Below are positions 40,650 to 52,576 of a stretch of DNA of 64,000 nt, piece after piece. Each line of letters starts with the position of its first letter. Position 1 is the first letter of the stretch. The stretch covers positions 37,448,001 through 37,512,000 of the forward strand of contig NC_043008.1 of assembly GCF_006345805.1 (NCBI RefSeq), in the 5' to 3' direction. The notes below the pieces were generated by a model. That model did not search any database. It was not told where the DNA came from and saw only the letters and a program-made list of their open reading frames with translations. The position numbers were made by a program, and so were the translations under genes. Origin of the DNA: Octopus sinensis. Lineage: Eukaryota.

Positions 40650-41782
40650 GAATGGTTTTGTTGAGCAGTGTCAAATCTTACAATTCTGTAAATAATAATA
40701 ATGGTATTTTTTTTATAAGCTTAAAGCTTATAGTGATCACTGTGCAAATAACTAAGGAAAATGGTTATATAAGTCCATGATAGAAAAAAGAAGACTTTCC
40801 TATATGTGTAGGACTCAAACCCACATCCCTTTTTTAATGTGATTGTGTTACCAATTACACCAGTGAACCATTCTGCCCCTTTCTGTCAAATTCAAGAACT
40901 ATACTAGATTATAGTTGTTTTTGTAAACAAACTTCATGTGCTTTCAATGTAGAGTTTTACAATTTTGTAGATAATAATAATGGTAGCTTTTTACAAGCTT
41001 AAAGCTTATAGCAATCACTGAGCAAATGACTAAGGAAAATTGTTTAATGGACATATAAGCCCTCAATAGAAAAAAGTAGGCTTTCCTGTGCACGTGGGAC
41101 TTGAACCCACATCCCTTTGTTAACACAACTAAGTGTGTTATCGATTACACCAGTGAACCAGCCTGCTCCTTTCTGTCAAATTTAAGAACTGTATTAGTTC
41201 GTAATTGTTTTTGTAAACAGACTTTATATGCTTTCGTTGTGAATGTCTTTGTTAAGTGGTGTTGAGTTTTACAATTCTGTAAATAAAAATGGTATTTTTT
41301 TATAAGCTTAAAGCTAATAGCAATCACCATGCAAGTAATTAAGGAAAACAGTCAAAATAATGGGACATATAGTTCTTAAATTTGACAGAAAAGTGCAGGC
41401 TAGTTCGCCGGTGTAATTGGTAACACAGTTGTGTTAACAAATGGATGTGGGTTTGTGTGGATGTGGGCATACGGGAAAGCCTACTTTTTTCTGTCAAGGG
41501 CTTATATACCTCAATATATACTATTTTCCTTAGCCATTTGTATGGTGGTCACTATAAGCTTTAAGCTTATAAAAAAGTACCATTATCATTATTTACAGAA
41601 TTGTAAAACTCAACACCACTTTACAAAATCATTCACACTGAAAGCACATAAAACAGCTATGAACTGATATAGTTCTTAAATTTGACATAAAGGAGCAGGC
41701 TGGTTTGCTGGTGTAATCGGTCACACACTTAGTCGCATAAACGAAGGGATGTGGGTTTGAGTCCCACATGTGCAGGAAAGCC
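40650..41782. repeat. Tandem ~286-300-bp unit, about 2.3 copies in one orientation and 1.4 copies inverted; junction at ~41367-41371
   Basis: aagcttaaagct, taaggaaaa and ctttctgtcaaatttaagaact recur directly and then as reverse complements. Confidence 0.9.
41070..41163 (-). ncRNA. tRNA(Gln)-like Pol III cassette in the repeat unit (other copies 40784-40873 -, 41398-41490 +, 41698-41782 +)
   Basis: GGCUGGUUCACUGGUGUAAUCGAUAACAC...GUGGG-UUCAAGU-CCCAC-GUGCACAGGAAAGCCUAC-UUUUUU: A box, D stem GUGU/ACAC, perfect T arm, terminal GGCU/AGCC pairing, T6 terminator. The acceptor stem does not pair, so it is not a functional tRNA. Confidence 0.6.
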
Positions 41783-42504
41783 AACAGAACAAAGATATCG
41801 ATAGAATAAGTACTAGGTTTACAAAAACAACATCCTGTGGTCAATTTGCTTGACTAAAGACAGTGCTTCAGCATGGCTGCAGTCAAATTTCTGAAACAAA
41901 TAAAAGAATAATAGAATAATGTCAGGACAAAGTACAAGTGTAGAATCTGGTTCTTTTGAGTCAAGTCATTTGACTGTGGTCATGCTCGAGCAACACTTTG
42001 AAAAATTTTAATTGAATGACTTGACCAGAGTAATTATTTTTTCTATCGGTCTCTTGTGCCAACCCCTAAATTACAGGAACATAAACACACCAACATTGGT
42101 TGACAAGCAGCAGTGAGGGATAAACACAGACTCACACACCTATATATATATATATATATATAGAATGGGCTTCTTTCAATTTCTGTCTATGAAATCCACT
42201 CACAAGTCTTTGGTTAGCTCATAGCTATAGCAAAATAGATGTGTTCAAGGTGCCAAGCAGTGCAACTGAACTCAGAGCCATATGGTTTAGGAAGACTGCA
42301 ACAGGTTTTTAAGCACCAGTTATGATAGATAAATGGTCAGTATCCAATATACAACAAAAGTTTGAGTGATGAGGTAAGGTTGTATAGATGGCATAAAGGA
42401 TGTGCCTGGATGTTAGTAATGGAGACAGGATAGGGACAATACATCAAAAAGCAAGAGCTTGGGATATCTCAGGTTGTTTGGTCAATTAATGTTAACAATT
42501 TTCA

Positions 42505-42716
42505 AGGCAGCGAGCAGGTAGAAACACTAGCATGCTGGGTGAAATGCTTAGTGGTATTTTCTCTGTCTTTACTTTCTGGGTTCAAATTCTGCCAAGGTTG
42601 ACTTTACCTTACATGCTTTTGGGTTGATAAATTAAGTACCAGTTGCATACTGGGGTCGATCTAATCGACTGGCCCCCTCCCCCAAAATTCCGGGCCTTAT
42701 GCCTAGAGTAGAAAAG
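42505..42716 (+). mobile_element. Family-D SINE
   Basis: Reverse complement of the 33532-33748 type. Confidence 0.85.
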
Positions 42717-42837
42717 AATATGAACAATTTTCTTTTGACATGAACACAAAAAAATAAAAGCATATTCAGAACCAATGCTTACAATTACCTGCAGATACAG
42801 GAATATATACACATAAATTTATACATACATACATATA

Positions 42838-42868
<31 letters not shown>

Positions 42869-43529
42869 GTATATATATATACACATACACTCACACATAT
42901 ATCCATATACATATATACATACATATACATACACACACACATGCATGCACACACATACAGTCACATTGCATTTATGAATACATTTATGAACATATAGCAA
43001 TGAATAATGTTACACATGCCAGATTAGACTGGAGCCTGGTGCAGCCTTCTGGCTTCCCAGAACCCCGGTCGAACCGTCCAACCCATGCTAGCATGGAGAA
43101 CGGACGTTAAACGACGATGATGATGATGATGATGCACCACCCCTATACACAAACCCATATTTATATAAAAATAGGTGTATATGTGTCTAATATATGAACA
43201 GAAGCATGCAAATGTGTATTTCTATATGTGTGTATGTGTGTGTGTGTGAGTACCTACTTATCACACGTATAACCTCTCTCCACATGTATATATGTTTGTA
43301 TGCATGAGTATGTGTATGTGTGCATATATATATATAATATATATATATAATATATATATATATACATATATACATATAATTTACATATACATATATATAT
43401 ATGCATATACATACATGCACATACATGTATATACATATATACATATCCCTACACACATGTACACATACAAACACATACACACATATGTACATACATACAT
43501 ATATACACTCATATATGTATGTATGTATG

Positions 43530-43561
<32 letters not shown>

Positions 43562-43683
43562 AATCTGCATATAAGAGAACAAAGTGTACGTATGCCGCTA
43601 TGTATGTATATATACATATATACATACATGTATATATACAAACACACATCCATATATATATATATATATACACATATACGCAC

Positions 43684-43722
<39 letters not shown>

Positions 43723-44499
43723 AATATTCAATAATATTAATTTCTCTCTTTTTCTTATGATTTTTTTTTCCAAGTTTTGAAGTCTGATCTTTGAGTGTAT
43801 CTATTTTTGTTGATATCAGAATTTATTCACTTAATCTTCTATCTCTGAGACAAAAACTTTAAAAAGAAGAAAATAATGAAAAAATATTTGAAAAAAAAAA
43901 ATTTTTTTCAATGATTTAAATGTAGGTAGTTATCTTTGTCATTGCAAGCTAATAAGGCAATAAAATGTTGATACATGTGTAGTTAACAACTTCAGCAGCA
44001 GTAAATAATAATTGTACTTGAATAAAACAAGATCACATGACTCTCTTTGAAGATTTCCTATCCTTTTATCATTCAAATATGTGCATAGCAGTTGTCTTGG
44101 AAATATTACAGAAATTTTGGCGTGATATCGTAAATTTAATGCATAGACATTTTTTTTTTTTACCTCAAACAGTTCCTATATGTGCAAAGGAATCTGTTGT
44201 TGTTGTTGTTGTTGATGATGATGATTGTGTTGTTGTTGTTGTTGCTGTTGTTGTTGTTGTTGTTATCATTATTATTCTTCTTTTGCATAGGGTTTCCTTA
44301 TTCTTCTCATTATGAATGGGTAAAGTTTTTCAGTAGCAACAAGGAATATTCTCAGAGAAAATAAACAAAACCATTGCCTATTAACTATTGTATGCTTCTC
44401 CAATAATGCTGAAGTATAAAAGAAACATTGTTTTGTTTCTGTGTTGCTGACATATTTCTCACAATTACCTATGTATTTATATACACACAATATATATAT

Positions 44500-44542
<43 letters not shown>

Positions 44543-44944
44543 ATGCGTTCACATAAAAGAAGAACACAAATGGGTTTAAGGGTTCACTACATCTGTTTCA
44601 GGCACATTTTTTATTGATGATAATTTCAATTATAAAGAATACGTCAAAAAAACCTGTTTTTGTCAGGCGAATAAAATTAGTTAGGAGAATATATTACAAG
44701 ATGTAGAACGACCCTCTTTGCTAACCATCTTCACAGAGAGTGAAAAGATGTTGAGAACTTTCTCAATATAACTGGTTGTGGTGGAATCTTGCAGTTCAGA
44801 AATCAGTGGGTACTGACAGCTACAATGGACTCAATCAAAATTCATTTATGTCTTAAATTGGACTAGATAGATAAATAATAATAATAAAGAGATTAGAGGA
44901 AGACAGAGGGAAACAGAGGAAGAAGAAAGAAATATGCATATGTT

Positions 44945-45225
44945 CTTGTAAGCAAGAAAATGGACAGGATCCTTTCCCTATCAGGTAAATGGCCTTGCTC
45001 AATATGCAGGAAAGGTGCAGACAGGAATTTCCTATGGTGTATTCAGTGGAGCCTATGGACATACAAGAAGTGCAGTGAAATTATAGGAAAGTTTTCAAGA
45101 GTGGTTGTATGTGGAAGATGCACAAAAGCCCTACAGTTATTTAGGAAATCAATTTTCTTAAATGCTTCAGAGACTCTTTAGTGGTAGTGGATAATTTCTG
45201 CTGCTTAACAGACCTGTCCACCAGA
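44945..45225 (+). mobile_element. RTE-type LINE internal fragment with Cys-rich (PHD-like) insert
   Basis: GKWPCSICRKGADRNFLWCIQWSLWTYKKCS...VCGRC...VVDNFCCL follows the CxxC...C..C..W.HxxC...CxxC pattern, then a V..F.YLG-like motif. Confidence 0.65.
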
Positions 45226-46004
45226 GCAGAATTGATACCGGTGATGGTGTCACATAAAATGCACCCAGCACACTCTGTAAAGGAGTTTATGTTAGGAAGG
45301 GCATCATGCCAGAACAAAAAATGGAACCTCGTGAGGCCTGCAGACTTGCCAGCTACATGTCAAGCTGTCCAACCCATGCCAGCATGGAAAGCAGACATTA
45401 AATGACAACAACGATGATGATGATAATGATAATATACCTATTTATACATATATATAAATATATACCATATATATTCATACGTATAGGAATATGTATATTC
45501 TTTTATTCTTTTATTCTTTTACTTGTTTCAGTCACTTGACTGCAGCCATGCTGGAGCACTGCCTTTATTCGAACAAATCGACCCCAGGACTTATTCTTTG
45601 TAAGCCTAGTATTCATTGGACTCTTTTGCTGAACCACTAAGTTACGGGGACGTAAACATGCCAACATCAGTTGTCAAGTGATGGTGGGGGTGCCCAAACA
45701 CAGACACACACACAAATATATATATATATACGATGGGCTTCTTTCAGTGTTTTTATTTTTTTATATATATTTTTTCATACTCTTCCTTATTCATTTTTAA
45801 TTGTGTGAATGTGTATGTGTGTGAGTATATGTATATATTTCATATGTATATATGTGTGTGCGTGTGTATGTGTGTGTATATATATATATGTATATGAGTG
45901 TAAGACTCTCTGGTGCATATGTGCAACTTTCATGCACATGTCCCCTTCATTTATACGAATATACAAGTTTGTATATGTGTGGGTGTAGGTGTGTGATGGA
46001 AGGG

Positions 46005-46084
<80 letters not shown>

Positions 46085-46121
46085 CATATATATACATATA
46101 TATATATGTTCATAGATATAT

Positions 46122-46475
46122 GAACTCCACCCCTTTTCAAACTCCACCCATCTAACACCCGTGGACATATTTACAAAGTAAGAAAACAGCACAGCTCCCA
46201 TGACTTCAGGAAACATTTTTTCACACTGAGAGTTGCTGAAGCGTGGAACAAACTGCCGGCATCGGTTGTTAGTTGTCGGAGCACTGCATCCTTCAAGACT
46301 TCCATGCTTCCTGAGATTCGCCAACACTACACTTGATTTTCTCCCCTCCATACACACACAAGCATGTTCACTTTCCAGACATTTCTACATTACTGCATGT
46401 ACTTTATATGCACTTTCTGACAAGTTGTGGTGCACCTGAGCACTGTATACAATAATTTCATTATTATTATTATTA
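46122..46475 (+). mobile_element. CR1-clade LINE 3' end
   Basis: SNTRGHIYKVRKQHSSHDFRKHFFTLRVAEAWNKLPASVV...SFK (stop 46334-36); (ATT)n tail. Confidence 0.88.
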
Positions 46476-46890
46476 TGTGTGTATGTGGGAGTGTAAACGT
46501 ATATCTGTATATATATATACACATATTTATATGTAGAAATGTCTAAATATAGATGTTTTATGTTATGTGTGTGGATGTAAACACTTTTGTGTATATAAGG
46601 ATGAGTTTGCATACACATATGCATATATATGTATAATATATATATACATGTGTGTGTGTGGATGTGTGTGTATATATGAGTACGTACATACACATATGTT
46701 TGTGTGTGTGTATGTGCATGTACGCATACATGTTTGTGTGAGTGTGTTTGTATGTAGACGTTGTGAATGCAAGAGGTTTATGTCTATGTATTGTGAGAAT
46801 ATTGTTGCATGTATTTTTTCAATATTTTTCTTTTTCTACCCAAGAGAGTAACTTTCCTTTTATCTAATAGTTTTTCATAGCGTCTATTGC

Positions 46891-46958
46891 CATTAATAAC
46901 TGACGAGAAAGCATCGTAGCTCTTCGCTCTGACATTCAAAACTCCGAGTACTATAATG
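46891..46958 (+). ncRNA. Type I hammerhead motif with a single core change (G12A)
   Basis: CAUUAAUAA-CUGACGA-GAA...UUC-AAAA-CU(CCG)AG-UA-CUAUAAUG; stem I, stem II base and stem III all pair. Confidence 0.65.
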
Positions 46959-47064
46959 ACAATCTTTTACTGTTTGTTCTAAATTTTAACATATATAAAT
47001 AATCCTCTATCTATCTAATATCGACATCTTCTTCTTTTGTTGTTACTTTTTATCATATATTTAT

Positions 47065-47255
47065 ATATATAGCCATGATAGATCGTTAGCCACTGCACAC
47101 ATTTTTTTCTCTCCTTTTTTCTGTGTCTCTCTCTGTAGAAGAGCATAGGCTCGAAACATAAAAGACTTTTTCTATTCCTGAGCGTTATACTAATACATCT
47201 GTTTGTTTTGTACACCACATGTCTTCGTCTTTTATTGTTTTTTTTCGTAAACTCT

Positions 47256-47260
<5 letters not shown>
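47065..47260 (+). mobile_element. PLE-type terminal unit with degenerate minimal hammerhead, in (TA)n
   Basis: ctgtaga-a-gagc(atag)gctc-gaaac-ata-aaag at 47133-47164; T-rich 3' part like 48290-48510. Confidence 0.6.
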
Positions 47261-47294
<34 letters not shown>

Positions 47295-47437
47295 TATATA
47301 CATATATTAGATAGACAGACATATAGATAGATAGATAGATATCAATGAGAGTATCTTGGTCAACCTATGAACTTTTCACCAAACCCTCGTATATACATAG
47401 ATCTGTACATACATACATACATATATATATGTGTGTG

Positions 47438-47490
<53 letters not shown>

Positions 47491-48289
47491 GAGGTAAAAA
47501 CATGTAATAAATGCACAAACAAATGGAAAACAAACACAGAAGGTCACCAACTCATCATCAGTTATTCGCTGGAGGATCAAACACAATTTCGTGTCTTTAA
47601 TGATAAAATTGCTTCCCTTCCAGTGATGCCAGCAGCAAAACAAGTTGTTGGAAAATGGGACCAAAACATAACAAGAAAAAACCAAACAATAAATGGATAG
47701 ACATGCAGCACAAAAGTGGACATACAAACATGAATGAATCTGGTTCAAGACAGGACCATTAGTGAATGGCTGGGGATTCAGTTGAATCAGGTACTTAAAT
47801 GGTAAAGCACTAAGTTGGGTCAAAGGGAATCATGCATATTACAAAATCATAAGAACGAATACCTACATACCAAAGTACAGACAGATCATTATTCCGGTTG
47901 TATAAATGATTAAGTGTACCTGGCTGAGTATATCATGCATCTCAAGGTTGTATTTAGAAACACACACTGCACTAGTTGTACTGTACTTAACAGACTAAAG
48001 ATCCACTCTAATAACAGGTTCTGAACAAGGTGAATAATAAATAAATAACAGATTCATTCACTACAGCTGTTTCCAACGAGTTTTTTTTAAATGAATAGAG
48101 ATATTACAACATACGTAAAAAATGTTTTCATCTTGTAAATATACACTAATTACACATTTAAAACATCCCCACAGTCTCTAATTTGTGCCACTTTATGATT
48201 TCCTGACTAGTAATAACCAAAAGAATCATTCTTTTGACTACCACTCGTTGTTATATATATACATATACATATACATATATATATATATA

Positions 48290-48501
48290 TATTTCAAAAT
48301 GTGACCTCGTGTGTACCGTTGGCGATTTTTTTTTCCTCTGTCTTCCTTTCTCTGGATCTTTCCTTCTCCTATGTTTCCCACGAAGAGCTCCGCTCGAAAC
48401 GTTAAACCCTCCTTCTTTCCCTCTTTCCTGAGCGTCCAATAATACTATATTTGTTCTATGTCCTCGCGTTGTTGTGTTTTTTTGTGCTTTCTTGTTTGGA
48501 T

Positions 48502-48510
<9 letters not shown>
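48290..48510 (+). mobile_element. PLE-type terminal unit with near-intact minimal hammerhead, in (TA)n
   Basis: gttt-cccacga-a-gagc(tcc)gctc-gaaac-gtt-aaac at 48373-48407; palindromic AACGTT stem III. Confidence 0.7.
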
Positions 48511-48544
<34 letters not shown>

Positions 48545-48717
48545 AGATATATGCATGTGTATCTGTGTGAGTATGTGTGTATTTGAAAAGGTTAATTGAA
48601 AGCACTTATAATCTTGGAAAAAACTTCTTCCTAAAAAAGGTTTGTAACATCCTTATAAAAGACTTTTTCACATCACCTTTACACTTCAAAACCATATTAA
48701 GTCTCATAGACTTCCAA

Positions 48718-48754
<37 letters not shown>

Positions 48755-49070
48755 GTGAGAGAGAGAGAGAGAAAGAGAAAGAGAGAGAGACTGAATAGTG
48801 AGAGATTAGCAATCCAGGCAAAATACATCATAAGCTCCCTGTTGGCACACCAGGCTAACAGTAATTTTTAGATTAGTGAAGAACTGCAGGTATTCTTATA
48901 ACAGGATCCAAAGTTATAGGTCATTACAATTCTATATTGTAAAACTGTGGATGGTCTCCAAACTGGTTTTCACACAGAGTGATATATAAGAAGTTTAAAA
49001 TCAATACACACACATGCACATCTCCCTCTCCCTCTCTCTGTATATATATATATATATATGATATATATCT

Positions 49071-49114
<44 letters not shown>

Positions 49115-49180
49115 ATATATATATGTATATATATCTATATATATATATAATATATATATATAATATATATATTATATATG

Positions 49181-49212
<32 letters not shown>

Positions 49213-49744
49213 TATAGATAAGAAAGTTTGTTTGGTAAAGCACGTGGGTGAATATATAAGAAAATAGTAAAGTGTGAAAAAACGACAGAAGGCTTAAATG
49301 TTAAAACATATATATATTTGTGTCAAAATGTCTGGAGAATATTGGAAAAATTTTTTTCTTTCCTTAAAATGACATAATTTAAAAAATTTTTAAAGAAATT
49401 ACCGTTTTCGCGTGTAGCTTTTCAAATTCTTGTGACGTTATGTTTATATTGCATGGAATTATCGTTGTTTTTATTTCCAGGAGATTTCTAAATAAGGGGA
49501 GGTAGTGAGTGATTTTTTCCGGTGTAGGGGAGATAATCGCTAAAAAATTTTTTTCCCTTTTCCTTGTTAATTTCTCTGTGTCAGTATGTTCGGATGGTTG
49601 AGTCTGGGTTTGTACTTTTCAATGAAGAATGTTTCCTTGTTCAGTCTCATTTGTGTTGATGATCCGAAAGCACATTGGTAAAATGGGAAGATTAAAAATT
49701 GTGGCAGTAGTTGCTTTGCGCATTTCTCAATGTGCTCACTAAAA

Positions 49745-50736
49745 TATACAGTTCACAATGGAATACAACCAAAAGGAGCTCCCGTTCTTGGATATACTAA
49801 TTAAAAAAATTAACCTTAAAATAGAACAGACACATTTTTTACAAAGCCACAGACGCCAAACAATACCTCTTTTTAATTCATGCCACCCAAGACACACTAA
49901 AACAAACATCCCCTTCAACCTTGCAAGAAGGATATGCACAATAGTGTCAGAACAAAATACCAGGAACTTTAGACTGCAAGAACTCAAAAACACCCTAATT
50001 GACAGACATTACCCAGCTCAACTCATAGAGGATGGGATCAGACGTGCAACAGAAATCAACATAGAAACTTTAAGAAAAGTTCAACAAAACAACACACCTT
50101 CCCCGAAAATACTACCTTACATATCTACATACAACCCCAGAAACAAAGAAGCCTTCACCATCATCACCCAGAATTTACCAATACTTCATAAAAACCCAAA
50201 ATTAAAGGAAATTCTAAACATACACCAAATCATTAAAAGCTACAAACAGCCTAAATCACTTAAAAAGATTCTCACAAAGGCAAAATTGTCTTCTAAAATT
50301 ACGGATGCAAAAGTAAAAAAATGTGGTAGATCGAACTGTGCAACATGTCCTAACCTATTGGAAGGATCAGAATTCTTCTTTAAAGAGGGACAGAAATTTA
50401 AGATCAAATCTAACTTTACTTGTGCCTCTGAAAACATAATTTATGTTATAAATGCTCGGGCTGCCACCAAGACTACGTGGGTTCCACGGGACTATCACTC
50501 AGGCGCAGATGCACACTGCATCGACAACAGATTGCATTCCAGAATATAGAATGATACCTTTTAGTGAGCACATTGAGAAATGCGCAAAGCAACTACTGCC
50601 ACAATTTTAATCTTCCCATTTTACCAATGTGCTTTCGGATCATCAACACAAATGAGACTGAACAAGGAAACATTCTTCATTGAAAAGTACAAACCCAGAC
50701 TCAACCATCCGAACATACTGACACAGAGAAATTAAC
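49745..50736 (+). pseudogene. PLE RT thumb, Cys-rich linker and GIY-YIG endonuclease (frameshifted)
   Basis: ELPFLDILI...SCHPRHTKTNIPFNLARRICTIVS; KCGRSNCATC; FTCASENIIYVI / GCHQDYVGSTG..LRRRCTLHRQQI...R...E.FFIEKYKP.LN. Confidence 0.92.
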
Positions 50737-50870
50737 AAGGAAAAGGGAAAAAAAAATTTTAAGCGATTATCTCCCCTACACTGGAAAAAATCACTCACTA
50801 CCTCCCCTTATTTAGAAATCTCCTGGAAATAAAAACAACGATAATTCCATGCATATAAACATAACGTCAC

Positions 50871-50910
50871 AAGAAATTTGAAAAGCTACACGCGAAACCG
50901 GTAATTTCTT
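50871..50910 (+). ncRNA. Minimal type I hammerhead with U3:A8 core variant in the PLE terminal repeat (second copy 49393-49431, minus)
   Basis: AAGAAAU-UUGAAAA-GC(UACAC)GC-GAAA-CCGG-UA-AUUUCUU: perfect 7-bp stem I, loopless palindromic stem III (ACCGGU), GUA site. Confidence 0.75.
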
Positions 50911-51043
50911 TAAAAATTTTAAATTATGTCATTTAAGGAAAGGAAAAAAATTTTTCCAATATTCTCCAGACATTTTGACACAATATATATATTTTTAACA
51001 TTTAAGCCTTCTGTCGTTTTTTCACACTTTACTATTTTCTTAT

Positions 51044-51082
<39 letters not shown>

Positions 51083-51727
51083 TATAACATATATATATAT
51101 AACACACACATACATGCACAACAACATATATATATATAAATAGTTGCCTAGAGAGAGGCACATGTGGACGATGTGTGAAGTCTGAAAATCCAAAGTAGCT
51201 GAAATGCATACTGAACATAATAAAAGATCAGCAATGTTTGCTAAATAATGTAACTTAACGTCATATACACCAGTTACATGTGTAATGTTATGATGCATAA
51301 AAATTTGACTGGAAAGGATCTGTGATGGCAATGTGTTGCGAGTGGGCGATGTGTATGATGTAAAAGGTATTGTGTACTTTTCTGGATAGTATTAATGATT
51401 AAGGAATTTGCGTAAGAAGCAACAATGTTAGACAGCAGGATACAAGGGTTGCCTAAAGGAATACCAAAAGACCAAAATGTTCAGTAACAGGTTATGTGAG
51501 GAAAATTGATGCTAAGACTATAATAAGAAAGCACCATGCATTCTTTTAGTGCTTTCAGGTTTTCATGTAAGAAGTATGTTTAGAAGCCACTTTGTTTATT
51601 ATGTCCATGGGTTGATTCAGACTATCCACATCTGACCCTATTTGCAAGTAAAGGAGAGTGTAATACAAATTATCCTTATATCACGTGTGTGTGTATGTGT
51701 GTGATGTTTGTATGTATATTTATATAC

Positions 51728-51767
<40 letters not shown>

Positions 51768-51968
51768 AGTGGGGAGAGCAAGAGAGTGAGCTTGTGTGTA
51801 TTAAGAGTAAATAGGAAAGCAAAGCATAAGTTTAAAATAAGTGCAAAGAATACCTGAGAATATTTAGTATTCCTTAGTAACTATAATGTTATTATCATTA
51901 TCTATATTATTATCATTATTATTATTATTATTATTATAATATATATATATATATATATACATACATAC

Positions 51969-52005
<37 letters not shown>

Positions 52006-52576
52006 GTGTGTGTGTGCATGCATGTGTGTGAGTGTATGTATATTATGTATGCATGTATTTATAGAAAGAGAAAGAAAGGGAACGAGAGAAATAAGTTCAT
52101 AGATACTTATAGAATGATGGTGATAATAATAAGTATTATTATTGTTATCATTCTTGCTGATGTTGTACTTATTATTGTTATTCTTATGATTATTATTATT
52201 ATCATTATTGTTATTATATTATTATTTTGGTTATCATACTGTAAAAATATTGTTTTTACTTCTTCCTTCAAAACATTATCTAGTCAACTATTATGAAACA
52301 AAATTTTAATTAGAGTACTTACAAAAGAACTCTAATTGCCTAAGGAAGGACTACACTGGATACCCAGAGCTAACATCATAAATGTGAGTCTTTCTTTTCA
52401 CAAACTTTTACAGTTATATTTCCACACTTAGATGGCTACAACATACAATTATGCTGTGCGACAAAATGCTACAATTCTAAAAAAACAAAACAAAATGCAA
52501 CACAGAATCAAAACATACAAGAAAATATGTAAGAGGAAGAAGAAATGACTTGTTTAGGGAACAACTAATGGAAGAA

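Larger units (their letters stand above)
40457..41915 (+). mobile_element. Family-A SINE split in two (5' half 40457-40620, 3' end ~41790-41915) around the tandem array
   Basis: Head through gaaagaagccc upstream; gatagaataagtact...gaaacaaataaaaga downstream; ~90 bp of the family body is missing at the break. Confidence 0.6.
49217..51043 (+). mobile_element. 5'-truncated Penelope-like element (Neptune-like) with inverted 5' terminal repeat, in (TA)n
   Basis: 49256-49744 is a near-identical reverse complement of 50559-51043, with coding remnant between; (TA)n on both flanks. Confidence 0.93.
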
